Source: Callorhinchus milii | Lineage: Eukaryota | Assembly: GCF_018977255.1 (NCBI RefSeq) | Contig: NW_024704742.1 | Location: forward strand, 33,544,001 to 33,608,000 | Length of the DNA stretch: 64,000 nucleotides | Direction: 5' to 3' | Part shown: positions 37,376 to 49,490 of the stretch, piece after piece | Layout: each line of letters starts with the position of its first letter | How positions within the stretch are numbered: position 1 is the stretch's first letter | Position numbers and translations under genes: made by a program | The notes under the pieces: model-generated | Told to the model about the DNA's origin: nothing | The model's input: only the letters and a program-made list of their open reading frames with translations | Database searches by the model: none

Positions 37376-38289
37376 GGTTTTCTGTTTAAAAGTTTCCCAT
37401 GTAATTTATCCCATGCGTCAACTGCTCTTTTTGCACTGATATTTTGCCTGACTTTTTCTCTTTACATTTAACTTATTAGCTGAACCCTTCACAATAGTAA
37501 ACATTTTTTACCTGAAAACTACTTTTGACACCACCTTTGTAATCTTGCAAACTTCAACCAGATAACATTCAAAGTCTCTACTTCAAGGAAAAACAATACC
37601 AAATTCCTTAACCTTCCCTCCTACCTTCAGGTCCTCATACCTGGAATCATCTTGGTTGCTCTTCTCTGTATCTTTTCTAAGAACTATGATAGCTGTGACC
37701 AAACCTACACTGTAGTTGTATACTTGAGTCCAAGACTTACTCATCACACTATACCTTCTTTCAGTTTGGGCTCTGTCTTTCATTTAACATGACTTTTGGT
37801 CCCTTGCTCTTATACTAACTATTCTACAGGTACTGTATATACTGTGCGCATTGAGGCATATTGAGGCACTGTTAGACCAGTGAATATCCAATCCTTCTGA
37901 ATCTGACTGCGTTTTTCTTTATTATGTGCTTTTCATCCTTTTGAAGGGCTTTAAGGTGTTTATTCTTTGAGAAAAGTACTGTATAAGTGCACATTGTAAT
38001 TTTCATTTTTGTTTTTTACTATCCAACAAATTGGAATTTTTGCTTACAATAGCCTCACCAAAGTTAATACAACAACCAACTTGCATTTATATAAAGCGCT
38101 CTTACATGAGGTAGTGTGTTGGAGCCCTGGATACATTTTAAAAATAGCATAAGTCCAAAAATAATCCCTGGTCTACACCAGGAACAAGAATAGCTACAGG
38201 GCTACAATCTTCATAATCTTTTTCCAGCTTGTAAGGGTCCCATTCATGGCCATGCTCAGTTTCCTGAGATTTTACCAATTATCTGCACA

Positions 38290-38440
38290 TTACGTTTCCC
38301 TCTATTCCATGCTTTAATCTTAAATGTTTGTCACTGATGTATAAATTTGTAAAAAGACTTTCCCAAAAATATTATTAATTACATTTCCCCTACCCGATTT
38401 GTCAGTTAATTCTTCAAAAAAAACTCAAGCAGGTGAGTTC
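38290..38440 (-). mobile_element. Very old CR1 RT fragment
   Basis: Minus-strand FFEELTDKSGRGNV resembles CR1 FFEEVT...GNAVD. Confidence 0.5.
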
Positions 38441-40414
38441 GGTATAACCTCTTTTTCCTTAATTTGTTCTATCACAAGGTGAATATTAAAATATTCAAAA
38501 TGTAGCTATTCAAAAGAAAAAGACTGTTTGCATTTTACAAAAAAAAACACACATTGAAAGTACAAAAATGAAATGCTCCTGACCAGATGATCTTAAAAAA
38601 TCCAATTGACCATTCATGTATAGCAGACATAAATAGGCATTTTTTTTAAAAAAAATCGAAACGTTATCTTTATTACTCACATCACATTGGTGACAAAAGT
38701 ATGAACAAATAGATTGTATCATACCAATCACCCCACTCCACCACCTGAAGACATACATACTCAAGTAGCAAACAATGGAAAATAAAAGGAAACAATCTTC
38801 ATTTCTTTAGTGAAATCAGAAAAGCAGCAGTGCAAATATGACATCAGACATGTTGATCTATTGTAGTCCTTAGCTGAACCCTTCATATATAAAAACCCTT
38901 AGCAGCAAAATCTGTAAAATCTGCAACAAATAAAATCTCCCCCCTCTCTCTCCCTCTTTAGTAACTACTAAATGAAACAAGGCTCAGTAGTTTTAACCTG
39001 AATCCCAGGAGGTATAATTCCACAGCACAAAATTGCTCTCATTTCAGCACTCACTGTCAGTCTCAGTCAAAGATAGCAAAGACGGTAGCAAAAATGGAAA
39101 TAGAGAGCAAGAAAATACGCACCAATAGAGTAGAACATGCATATCTGAGGTTATAGGAAGGGAGTGATCATTTAATAATCATTGATAAGTTCTCCAACCC
39201 TAGCAAACAAGCATGTCTAATTCTCGATGAGTGAGTACAGTTAGTTCCCGGCCTTGGCAATGTTAGCTTCTAAAGGGATTTTCCAATTGTGAGCACATAA
39301 CAATGTCAAAGTCAGTAAATTTACCAACCAGCAGGGAATCTAATGCATTCACCCGTCAAGATTTGTTAAAATTATCAATGTTTGGAGAATTGCCCTCAAG
39401 CATCTTGTTGACAAGAGCGTTCCCTGCATCTGGTTTATGTTTTACTGGCCTGCATCTGCTTGATGCTGATACTGGGGGACAATAGAGAGGTTCCATCCTC
39501 CAGCATTGAAATTCACCCCAAAAAGAAAATGTGACAGATACAAAGAAATACATTCCCAATTAAAAATTATAAAGACCTCAGCATGAAAAGAATCTGAGCA
39601 TTAATGAGATCTGAATTGTTCCCACAGGTTGTGCTAAATGAGCCCCTGTATGTGAGATAATAGAACCTACCTCACACATTTGCTAACAACTGGCAATCCT
39701 TTTGTTACGCATTTATAAAAGAAATTCCCGTTATAAACAAGCTACAAAAAGACCACGAAGGTTGGTGTCCGACACGTGACAGATTCTAGTATCATGAGAG
39801 TTTGGGAATATTGTGTAATTGATTTACTGTACCACAATAAGCGTTAAAAACACTGGTGCTCCAATGCCTTGTGCTGTGGACCCAGGGATTACACGCACAG
39901 TTCTCAATGTGGAACGTTCCACTCCTAACCTTGAACATGAAATCATGTGATAAATCCAGGCATGCATCCTAGTTGTCAGCTGAAAAGCTGCATGGAAGAG
40001 GCAGGCCACCTGCACGCTCCACTGAGAAATGGCACGAAATGGGGCAGGAGAGATAAATGAGAAAAGCACCAGCTTAAAATAGAGAGAAAAAAAAATCACT
40101 CACTTGCTTTGATATGCATATACAATGTCACATACTCAGAAGACACAATGAATACATAGGAAAGCAAGCAGAATCTGATTTGTATTATTGCCTGGCATGT
40201 CAGAGACTGTCTGAAAGTGCTGAATGCTCAATATGGCTGGCTCTGATTTTGTGAGGAGGAAAGCCAAAGCGCATCAGATTTTTGCATTCTGCATGTGAAT
40301 TCTGCATTGGAGAGTCCAGCCAATGCTGTGGATCTTTCAGTCACATCACACTAGCACACTAAAGTACTGGTCTGTGTGATTAGCAAAATGAATGCAGCAG
40401 AATATACATTGTAT

Positions 40415-40980
40415 TTTTTTTTGGTCAGGTGGGTATCTGACACATGCGGAAACCCATCACCATGCTTAAGAGTATCCAAACCAAACTAAGAATTCCATGC
40501 ATCCAACCTACACATGGAAATTCGATGGACAGATTATTGGAATGGAATGCGCATTCTCTCTCTGAAGGAACGTATGCTGCTTACCTAATTTCGGAAAGTA
40601 TGAGGGGAAGGTTGGCAAGAGCCAAAGCTTGAGGACCTCAGAGTGTGTGTTAGGCTACTGCTGGACTCTAACCAGCTAAAATGACACCATTAATAGCACT
40701 GTCTGACATGCTTTCTGCTTGTTCATCTAGGACCACCCTACCTGTTACGGCTTTGGCTTGCAGGGTTAACAGGAACTGCGTGGGAGGATTTTGTGGCCCC
40801 AATGACAGAGCTGCCCTTTTCAAATTCCTGCCGATGAGGCAGTCTGGCTGTGCTGTCATTAGCAGTCCCCTGGAGTACTGCGGACCTGCCTGGCTCAGGA
40901 ACCGGACTACCGAGACCACCTGGCTCAATTCCGACATTCCGTTGGCAAACTCCAAGGAGGCCCCACTTACCTCCCCCCAA
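40415..40980 (-). mobile_element. Apparently full-length unclassified non-coding retroposon with oligo(A) tail and 9-bp TSD
   Basis: ACATTGTAT at 40406-40414 and 40981-40989; T9 run at 40414-40422; four homologous partial copies in window. Confidence 0.8.
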
Positions 40981-42234
40981 ACATTGTATATAATACCAGT
41001 TACATTCTAGGTTTATACATTTCTTCTGTAGATTTGGCCCAATAACAGTAATTTATAATACAATGGAAGGAGATAAAGTAATGTAAATAACACCTGGTAC
41101 TTTTTAAGACAGGACATCTACATTTTTACAGCATTTCTTTATTGACCTAGCAAACAAATTCTAATTTAAAGGCCAAAGCATGTGTCAATTTAACAAAACT
41201 TGCATTTATATAGCACCCCTGAAACAGGTCCCAGAGCGCTTTATAGGGGCGAATTTAAACTCCATTAAAACAAGAAATGTAATCCTTCATACTGCTTGCG
41301 ATTGATTTCTCATAAACAGAGCTATATCTAAGCTTACAGAGAGAGATATCAGCTTCAGATTCACTGATCAAACAGCAATAGTGTACACCACTAAATGTTT
41401 CCTAAAGTTGTGCTATTGCAGGTACAACAAAATCGAAATTTGGAAATTTCGGCACAGAAGATGGCTATTCTGCCCATTGTGTCAAATACTTTTGTTAAAT
41501 GTGAATGTTAGAGGCTTAATTTCCGTTGGGTTTAAAAGGATCTGTCCTATTATGCTCATGTGATGCACCACTATTATTTACCCAGGATTGATGGCATCAC
41601 ACGCTGCTCAAAGTTAAAATTAGCAGCTCTGCAGCTAGAAGGCAAAAGAGCTGTTGAATGACAGTATTGCTAAGCCAAGCATCTGTGGGCCCAAATCTGT
41701 GACAAATTACACCGAACAACAGCAACAACTTGCATTTACATAGTATCCTTAATTTAGGATAGATTTTTAATGTAAATCATGGATTAAAAACAGCCTGTTT
41801 AACACTGAAACCCCTAGAGAAGGTAAACTTTGGAAAAATTTGAGTTTTTCTGAAATATTCCCCTTTGGAACAAGGTTCATAGCCATTTTTGATACTCCTA
41901 CATTTTAAAGATGCTGGAGGTGGACTTGGCTCTTCCAGTAATTGTCTGACATCTCAAAACAGCTGAAAGGGTAGCACACTACAAAGAGGACGTTCACTTC
42001 AAAAGGATGACTGCCTTCAAAATGATTACCCTTGGAGCTGCATACTGAGATCTTTTTATGATTCAAAGTATGACTAGCTGCCACTTACCCAAGCCCCGAT
42101 ATAAAATGAATTGTTTACCTGAATACCAAATTAATTACCAATGGATCTAATTCAGATCATTCATAAATACCAATTCAAACCAGGAGGTTGCTGATCAATC
42201 TTTTTCACTGTGCAATAGCAGCATATTTTTGTCA

Positions 42235-42375
42235 ATTTTTTTCTGCTTCATACCCCTCCCTCCCACACGGCGATGGCAGCCACTCTGCCCCTGCCAGAAC
42301 TCCATTCTGAACTACCTCCACTTCACCTCTTTCCCAACGTTTAAAGCCCGCCTTAAGACCTATCTTTTCAGACAT
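42235..42375 (+). mobile_element. L2 3' fragment
   Basis: cagccactctgcccc...gaactccatt...tttaaagcccgccttaagacctatctttt (FKARLKTYLF). Confidence 0.7.
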
Positions 42376-42384
42376 AGGTCAGTG

Positions 42385-42530
42385 TATTAGCCTGGCTCAA
42401 TTGGTAGCACTCTCATCTCTGAATCAGAAGGTTTAAGCGCCATGTCAGAACTTTGAATTCACATAGTCAAGGCAGTGCTGAGGATATGTTGCAATGTTGG
42501 AGGTGCTTTGGATGAGATGTTAAACTAATG
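42385..42530 (+). mobile_element. Deu-domain SINE head
   Basis: tggctcaattggtagcactctcatctctgaatcagaagg...ggatgagatgttaaac. Confidence 0.7.
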
Positions 42531-42544
42531 TTTCAAATAACAGG

Positions 42545-42663
42545 ATCCTATAGGCATCCTACTTACCTCATTTTGGAGAATATTACATGAAGGTTGGAAA
42601 GAGCCAAGTCTTGGGAATCCTGAGTTCCTTTGGGTACTGCTGGAGTTTAACAAGCTAAAACAC
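42545..42663 (-). mobile_element. Internal fragment of the unclassified retroposon
   Basis: cttacctcatttt...gaaggttggaaagagccaag...tactgctggagtttaacaagctaaaa parallels 40580-40681. Confidence 0.7.
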
Positions 42664-42839
42664 GGAATGTTTCTTAACACATTTGATGTGTTAGCTGTTT
42701 GGAAACATCACAAGTTTCAGTTCTAGATTAGTTGATCTGTGTTCCAGCAACAAGTGAAAATCAAAGAACCACAATGCTGACTTGCCTGATGCCATGTACC
42801 ATTGAGGAAGCCCAACACTTCCCAACACACCTGTGGAAA

Positions 42840-43620
42840 AAAAGTACACATCTACCGGAATTGGGAAAGCTTACATTCTATCAATGAAAAGATGGTATTT
42901 GATCCCAGGAATATCAGCATCAATGCATTCGTTAATTATCCCAGCAGTATCCAAGATTTGTTTGTCCTCATTCTGGACTTCCAAGGAGGCTTAGAGAAAG
43001 GGACTTAACTGGTAGATAGTCACTAGAGATTTGCCAACAGATGTCAGTGTTGGCATTCTTGCTACGTATTATATGGATCTCACCTCTCTTCTGCAGATGG
43101 AACAGGCTATGCTTTGAATCTAAAATTGGTGTAATGTCAAATATACACCAAAAAGTATGAGACACAATCCCACAAGGGGAATTTTAATGCAGACAGACGT
43201 GGCATTTTGTAAATGAGACTTAGATGTTTGGGCTTCACAAAAGGAATCAATGAAAATAAGGCCTAAGAATGGTCCCTGTATTCAACGATATGACCTGTTG
43301 CATCTGCCATTTTGCAGCCTGGCAACACTGTGTGGTGCTGCTGTCAACCTGTCAGAGACAAACAGTAACAGATGGATGGTTGAAGCAGATAACCAGGGAA
43401 GAAGGAAGGAACAAGGCTAGGTGATTGCCAAAGACATTCATCATGATATCAGTCATAATCGTACTTTGTCAGAGAGATTTAGCACAACTGCCATATGCTT
43501 CCCAAGGTGCGTTGCACCTGATAAGGTTGGCATCCATGCACCGGCTCATTCTTTTGTAAATCCCAGGAGATGAGCATTATCTGTTGCAGCGGATGTCTTG
43601 AATAATCTGAGGCTAGCCAC
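42840..43620 (+). pseudogene. PIF/Harbinger (HARBI1-type DDE) transposase fossil in two blocks (42840-42975; ~43410-43620)
   Basis: HIYRNWESLHSINEKMVFDPRNISINAFVNYPSSIQDLFVL resembles Y.NRK..HS.N...V.D......V...PGS.HD..L; the downstream block has LGD, RCV and VLNNL remnants across frameshifts. Confidence 0.65.
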
Positions 43621-43879
43621 ATGAGAAAAGGAGCAGGAAAGGATATTCGAAGAAATTACATCAAGGAAAGATGAAAAATACAGATGATGACGCAGTGATT
43701 ATCATAACTGGTTTGTGCCCATTATTCATAAGGAATTATTTAAAAATCTCTAACATATGCATAATTGCTCTGTTTCCATTTTTACATTGATTCTGTTATG
43801 AAACATCGCATTTTTCATGCATTCAAAATACTGGTCGTGGAACCTTCATACCTTTGCCAAGACTGATTTCACAAAATGA

Positions 43880-44545
43880 AGGCCACCACATTTTTCCAGC
43901 TCCAACACTGTCTCACATCGCAGGCCGCCGAAACCCTCATTCATGCCTTCATTACATTGAGGCTCGACGATGCAAACTCACCGCTTGTCAGCCTCCCCAA
44001 CTCCTCCCTCCACAGGCTGCAGATCATCCAGAACTCTGCAGCCTGTGTACTCTCCCACCAGGCTCCATGACTCACCTTATCACCCCCATCCTTGCCCAAC
44101 TCCACTGGCTTCCCATCACACAGAGGATACAGTTCAAGATCCTGGTCCTCACCTTCAAAGCCCTCCACAGTCTTGCTTCCCCTTACCTCTCCGACCTCCT
44201 AACCCCCTACCATTCTGTTTGCTACCTTCGCTCAGTGGTCGCTGGCCTGCTTCACGTTCACCGCTTTGCTCGTCCCACTATTGGCCTTCCGCCACTCTGC
44301 ACCCACCCTCTGGAACTCCATCCCGCAATCCTCCGTCTTGACCCCTCCCTTGTCACCTTCAAGACCCGCCTCAAGACCCTCCTCTTCGACCTTGCCTTCA
44401 ATCTCCCTGCTCCACCCCTGCCCTCACCCCTCCCGCACCCCAACCCTCAGCTGTAACTCTATCTGTCCAGAGCCTTGGGACGTCCTCCCGATGTGAAAGG
44501 CGCTATACAAATGTAATTTTGTTGTTGTTGTCATTGTTGTTGGTT
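43880..44545 (+). mobile_element. L2 LINE 3' portion
   Basis: AAETLIHAFITLRLD; LHWLPITQRIQFKILVLTFKALHSLASPYLSDLL; (TTG)n tail. Confidence 0.95.
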
Positions 44546-45544
44546 GTGAGCTGTTTCTCCACACATCGATTGAGTTAAATCACTAGTAATTAATTGAACT
44601 CAAATGTGTTCGGGACAGAAATGGAGTGGAGAAATCTTTGAGCTGAACTGCTGAAGCTGGGGGGAAAGGGAATTATAAATAAATCTGAAACAATAAAATC
44701 TTACAAAATAGTTGAAGTGAAATCTAGTTAATCTCACGCATGAATATTTAACAAAAAATAATGAATCATCAAAAACAACCATTAACAATGGGCACACTGT
44801 GAGCATGGTTTATCTGCAACCTAATAAATAATTCCTTTTAATGTGATGGAAGTAAGCTAATAAATTGTCTGGCTGTCCCCATCTGACTCCCTTGCATGTA
44901 GTCACCTGAAGCACAGCAATAAATAGTAGGATTTACATGAGGATATTTTTGTGGAAATAAAACTGTCAGTTTTATCTACAATTCTAGCATTTATTGCTTA
45001 CTTATGAAATCCCTAGATTTGATTCCAGGTGCTGCGGCTTTCCAGGTTAAACTTGCCTTCACCAACCTTTGGGGAAATTCAGGAAGAACCAAGGGAAACA
45101 CAATTGTAAAAATTGGGCATGGCATTTCTCACTCCACTGCTTATGTCTGGAACTGTCCTCTTTAAAGTCTCGACACTGTCTTTTGAGAATGTAACCTTTG
45201 CAACTTACCGAACCAGGAAAGATTCAAAAGATTCCACCTTAATCTTAACTTGTAAGACTATTCGGTTTTAAAATTTTAAGACTTTTTGAAATATTTTCCA
45301 CACTGGAAACCATGTATTTTCAAAAGCTGGGAAAAACTGGCTTCCAATTAAGGTTGAATGTAAGAATTTACACAATTATGCATGATCTTACGTTTTAAGA
45401 CAAAATGGGTCTTAAAGGTTAAGATACCACAGTTTTTTTTTGAGATTCTAATACCACAGTTGTGGGCAATTCTGAAACTCAGAGGGAAGGGGTATGAACT
45501 CAGTACTGCATCAGAGTTCAGCAAACCACTCTTTAAGAACCTTA

Positions 45545-45745
45545 ACAAGTACTTGCATTGATAGAACGCATTTCACACGGGATGGCATCTCGGAGCACTT
45601 AATAATAGTGTAATTCGACTTCAAGCCAGGGTGAGGGAAGATGACCATAGGCATGGTCGAAGGAGAGAGTCGTAAGGTGCAATCTGAAGTGGGGCAAAGA
45701 GGAGCGAGGAGAAGGGATTGTGGCAGGGAGCTCCAGAGGTGCAAA
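45545..45745 (-). mobile_element. L2 3' fragment
   Basis: acttgcattgatagaacgc tail; LWSSLPQSL on the minus strand. Confidence 0.7.
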
Positions 45746-46279
45746 ATCTGTTTTGTAAAATAATAAGAAATACTGTGGAAAATGTTCATGTAGCTAGTGC
45801 ACACTGTGTTTTCTTTGGGAATTGTTTTCTGAAAATAGGCAGCATCACATTGGGTTGGTTTGGTATAGAGTGAAGAGGCAGCTGGTTATGAATAACAGTG
45901 GGTGGGTGTGACGAAAGGTGTAACATCACAAATCAAAGTTTGATGTATTTGAGTGAAAAACTCCAGGAAAATAATCTGCGCTGTGGCAAGTCCCCTCAAA
46001 GTCTTATCGCCTTTCATCTGTTGTTCTGACAAAAGATTGTCATAGTAACACTTCACCCAAAAGCAATTTTACAAAAATTATTTCACATAAGTAACTACAG
46101 TATATGCTCAGTACTCTATTCCTGTTGTGCTAATTTGAATAAAAATTGAGAAATGAGTAGTATTTTCAAAGACAATCTTTTCCCTTTTCAATCATTTCCA
46201 TTCTGCAATTGTATGAGCTTAGTACGACAGGTCCCAAACTCAAAGAATACAACGATAACAATTTATATTTATATAGAAC

Positions 46280-46730
46280 CTTTGATTTCTCTAATGCACT
46301 GCTTGCCCAGTTCCATCATCTACGAGATCCAGCTAATCCAAAACTCAGCTGTCCATATCCTCATCGACACCAAACTCTGCCCAGTCATCACCCCCCTAAT
46401 CCTCATCAGGCTTGTCTGGCTTCCTTACTACCAATGGATCGAGTTTAAAGTTCACGTACAAACACCTTCAAAAACTCTCAATCTCTCTGATCTATTTGTA
46501 CCCCACTCCTCTGCTCATCCTCTCTGCTTAGCTAAGACAGACCTTGTGTGTGCTCCCCTGCCCCTCCACCATGAGAGACTGAGCCTTCAGTCACTATGCC
46601 CCAAATCTCTGAAATTCCTTGCCTCAAATCCTCCATCTTGTCTCCTCTCTATCTGTCTTTAAATCCCACATTAAAGCCTACCTCGTTGATCGTGCCTGTG
46701 GTCACCTCCCATTTCTCCCTTGTTTGATGT
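46280..46730 (+). mobile_element. Old L2 3' portion
   Basis: IQLIQNSAVHIL...LVWLPYYQWIEFKV. Confidence 0.8.
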
Positions 46731-46765
46731 CCAATTCTAAAGTTATCCAAGACATTATCCAAGGG

Positions 46766-47220
46766 CAATAACAACAACAATAACAAAATTACATTTGTAA
46801 AGCGCCTTTTACATCGGGAGGACGTTCCAAATCATCCGGGATCAGGAACCGAGCATGGGGGGGAGGGTTGGGATGAGGGAGAGCAGAGAGGTAGGAGGGC
46901 AGCTGAAAGCACGGTCAAATAGGAGGGTCTTAAATTGTGCCTTGAAGGAGGCAGGGGAGGGAACAAGGTGAAGGGATTGTGAGATGGAGTTCCAAAGGGT
47001 GGGGGCAGAGAGGGTGAAAGGGCACTATATAAATGCAAGTTATCGTTGACGTTGTTGTTGACAGGGAGCCCGAGCTGGGTAGGAAAAGGGAAGCTGAGGA
47101 GGGGAGGGAAAGATGGCCAAAAACAAGGTTGAAGAGATAGGTCTTAAGGGAGGTTTTGAAGGTCGAATGGGCATAGTGGAGGGTCAAGATGGATTTCCAC
47201 ACAGCAGACCTGAAAGCTCA
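46766..47220 (-). mobile_element. Cluster of L2 3' ends (two minus-strand pieces with a short plus-strand tail at ~47018-47060)
   Basis: Tail motifs; FKTSLKTYLF and FKAQFKTLLF on the minus strand. Confidence 0.75.
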
Positions 47221-47455
47221 CTCATTAATTTTCCACCAACTATGGAAATTTCTGCACAATTTTAAAACTTTAAGATAATAGTTTTAAGGCTAATAACTAG
47301 AACCTTGTGAAATTCTTTGCATTTTTTATAATGTTTCATTTTATTTTTCAGGAATTTTGTGCCATTTCATTTTATCCATTAAAAAATTTGTTTTATTTCT
47401 TTTTATTACATTTATATTCATAAAATACTCAAATGACTAAAACAAAAACAAAGTA

Positions 47456-47569
47456 CAGGGTGACCAAAAAGTCGTGATAACTACTCTATTATCTAAAAAT
47501 ATATATACATCATAATTTCATAAGGCTTATTAGATATTGTAACGGTATCACAACATTTTGGTCACCCTG
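47456..47569 (+). mobile_element. Tc1/mariner-type MITE, copy 3
   Basis: TA|CAGGGTGACCAAAA...TTTTGGTCACCCTG|CA; interior colinear with 4525-4638. Confidence 0.9.
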
Positions 47570-49349
47570 CATAACTCCCAGTTTATCTACACTAAATCAT
47601 TTTATTAAGCATTATTGCAAGGTATTCCATGGCTGCGGATATGAATCAGTGAGCAACTCTGGGTATAGAGGCTAAGGCCTGTCCAGTTCCATGGCTGCCA
47701 CTCCCTCCACCTCTTCTGTGTCGATGCTTCTCCATCTCTAACCACCGACATCAACCACTGCTGCTTACTGCCCCGCTAAGCCTCCCAGAAGCCATTCGCA
47801 TCACCCCACCCACCCCTGAACAATCATGTAGCTGCTCACTATTGGCTTGCTCACCCCCAATCCACATGCCACGGTCCATTGTAACCCAGCCTCTGGCTGG
47901 TCAAGCACCACCTGTCCACCATCTCCCCAACCGGCGATCCCTCTCAATGCTGCCTCGATTGGTTCTTTCCCCATTCCTTAACCATGAGAAATACCGGGCT
48001 TCTGGTAGGGATATAACACAATTCTTCTAAGATTTGTGCATTGCAGAGTGAGCTTTAACCTGTATCTAATGCCCATTAATCATTTAAAATAAAACCCATT
48101 TCTAAAGAATCAATCAACATATTATCTGAAATATTCTTGTTCAATTTCCATTACAAATAAGCGTTCCCCTTGTTCTGGACATGTACAGGGGCATTACATG
48201 TATTGGATAAGCAATAAATAGTCTTTTATCTTCCTTCATGCTTTTTATGTTGGTTGCCTCCCACAGCATTTAATGATTCCCAGTGCAAACAAGAACGTGT
48301 TCTGCAATAGTTTCTCTTGAATTAGAAACCTTTGTTTCGGTTAAAAAACAGTCATTTGTTCTGAAATTGAAACCATCATGCTTCACAACTGAACTGCCTT
48401 ATTGGACCTAAGACTATTGACCTATTGTATATCAAAAGAGCCTCTTGCACAATACATTAAGAAGTTGCCTCTCAAGAATGGAGGAGTGATGTTTCCTTTT
48501 GGAGTGTAACTGCACAATTCCACTGAGTGAGAAGGTGGATGTTAAGATTTATGATTTAACACACTGTAAATTCATATGGGGTAATAACCTACAAACATGG
48601 TGATTTACTATTTTCTGCTTTTCCAAAACTCAAAACAACGCTCCTGTGAATCTTTTGCATGTGAACTTTTACATGCAGGTTAACCATTCCTTACTTCCAC
48701 TGCCTCCCCATCTATTCTCTTCAAAAATGTGTCAGTATTGAGATAGTATTCAACTGCCTTATCAGGCAGGGGTTCTGTTACAATACTGTAGCGTTGTAAC
48801 ATTTTATATGTTGTGGGAAAAGCAACTTGTCAGAGCCTCTGTAAAGACAATATGCTTACTTTGCAATACTATTTATTTTACTCAATGAAGCTTTTTTTGT
48901 GTGTGGCTACAACTAAAAACGGAAAAATGAAAAGGCAACAGCATTTCTCTGCTTTATTTGGAGAACAATGAATTTTCAATACAAAGAGGATTCTGTTGTT
49001 CTAAACAGATTTCAAATTCAACGTTGCAATATTTAATACTTGAAACCTGTACCCTGAGTTTAACTTTAACTCAAATCATTCTAATGGCTAATACACACAA
49101 AAAACTATGCCTGTAGTTTGAAAATTGTTAAGGCAGTTATTAAAATTCTGGAAACGAAATTGTCTCCTGGAGGTAATTTACTCTTTAAAAAAACCTCAAC
49201 CTCCACATACAATTCAGTCTCACCATCAGCCATATGGGAGATGGGAGTGGGGAAGGGGAGGCAAAACATAATTGGGGGTACTGTTCCTTTAAGACATTCC
49301 TATCTTATACAGCTATGCTGGTCAGATGATATTCCCACTCTGTTGTGTA

Positions 49350-49490
49350 TAAGACATCTTCTGAATCACATTCTTTGTTCTTCGACCAGAGGAAGTGCCA
49401 GAGACCTCTAACGATTATGAGAAAAACGCAACACACAAACTTCGTTACAACAGCATCGTCAGAGGGGTTGTTCAGGGCTAAGCTGGGCAG
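49350..49490 (-). pseudogene. Possible Harbinger transposase C-terminal remnant
   Basis: Minus strand QLSPEQ...VCCVF(L)HN...LALPLVEE across frameshifts resembles YSP...CC.LHN. Confidence 0.35.

Noticed and set aside
40725..40860. Ribozyme-like features in the retroposon (possible HDV-type P1 GCAGGAA/TTCCTGT with G-U; CTAATGA...GAAA...GTC hammerhead-like words)
   Set aside because: HDV P3 is only 2 bp, P1.1 GG is absent and P2 is not adjacent to P3; hammerhead stems I and III do not pair. Could be retested on a family consensus.
40668..41010. Three overlapping open frames with donor-like sites suggesting a coding exon
   Set aside because: They lie almost entirely within the TSD-flanked interspersed repeat; no recognisable protein, and higher GC explains the open frames.
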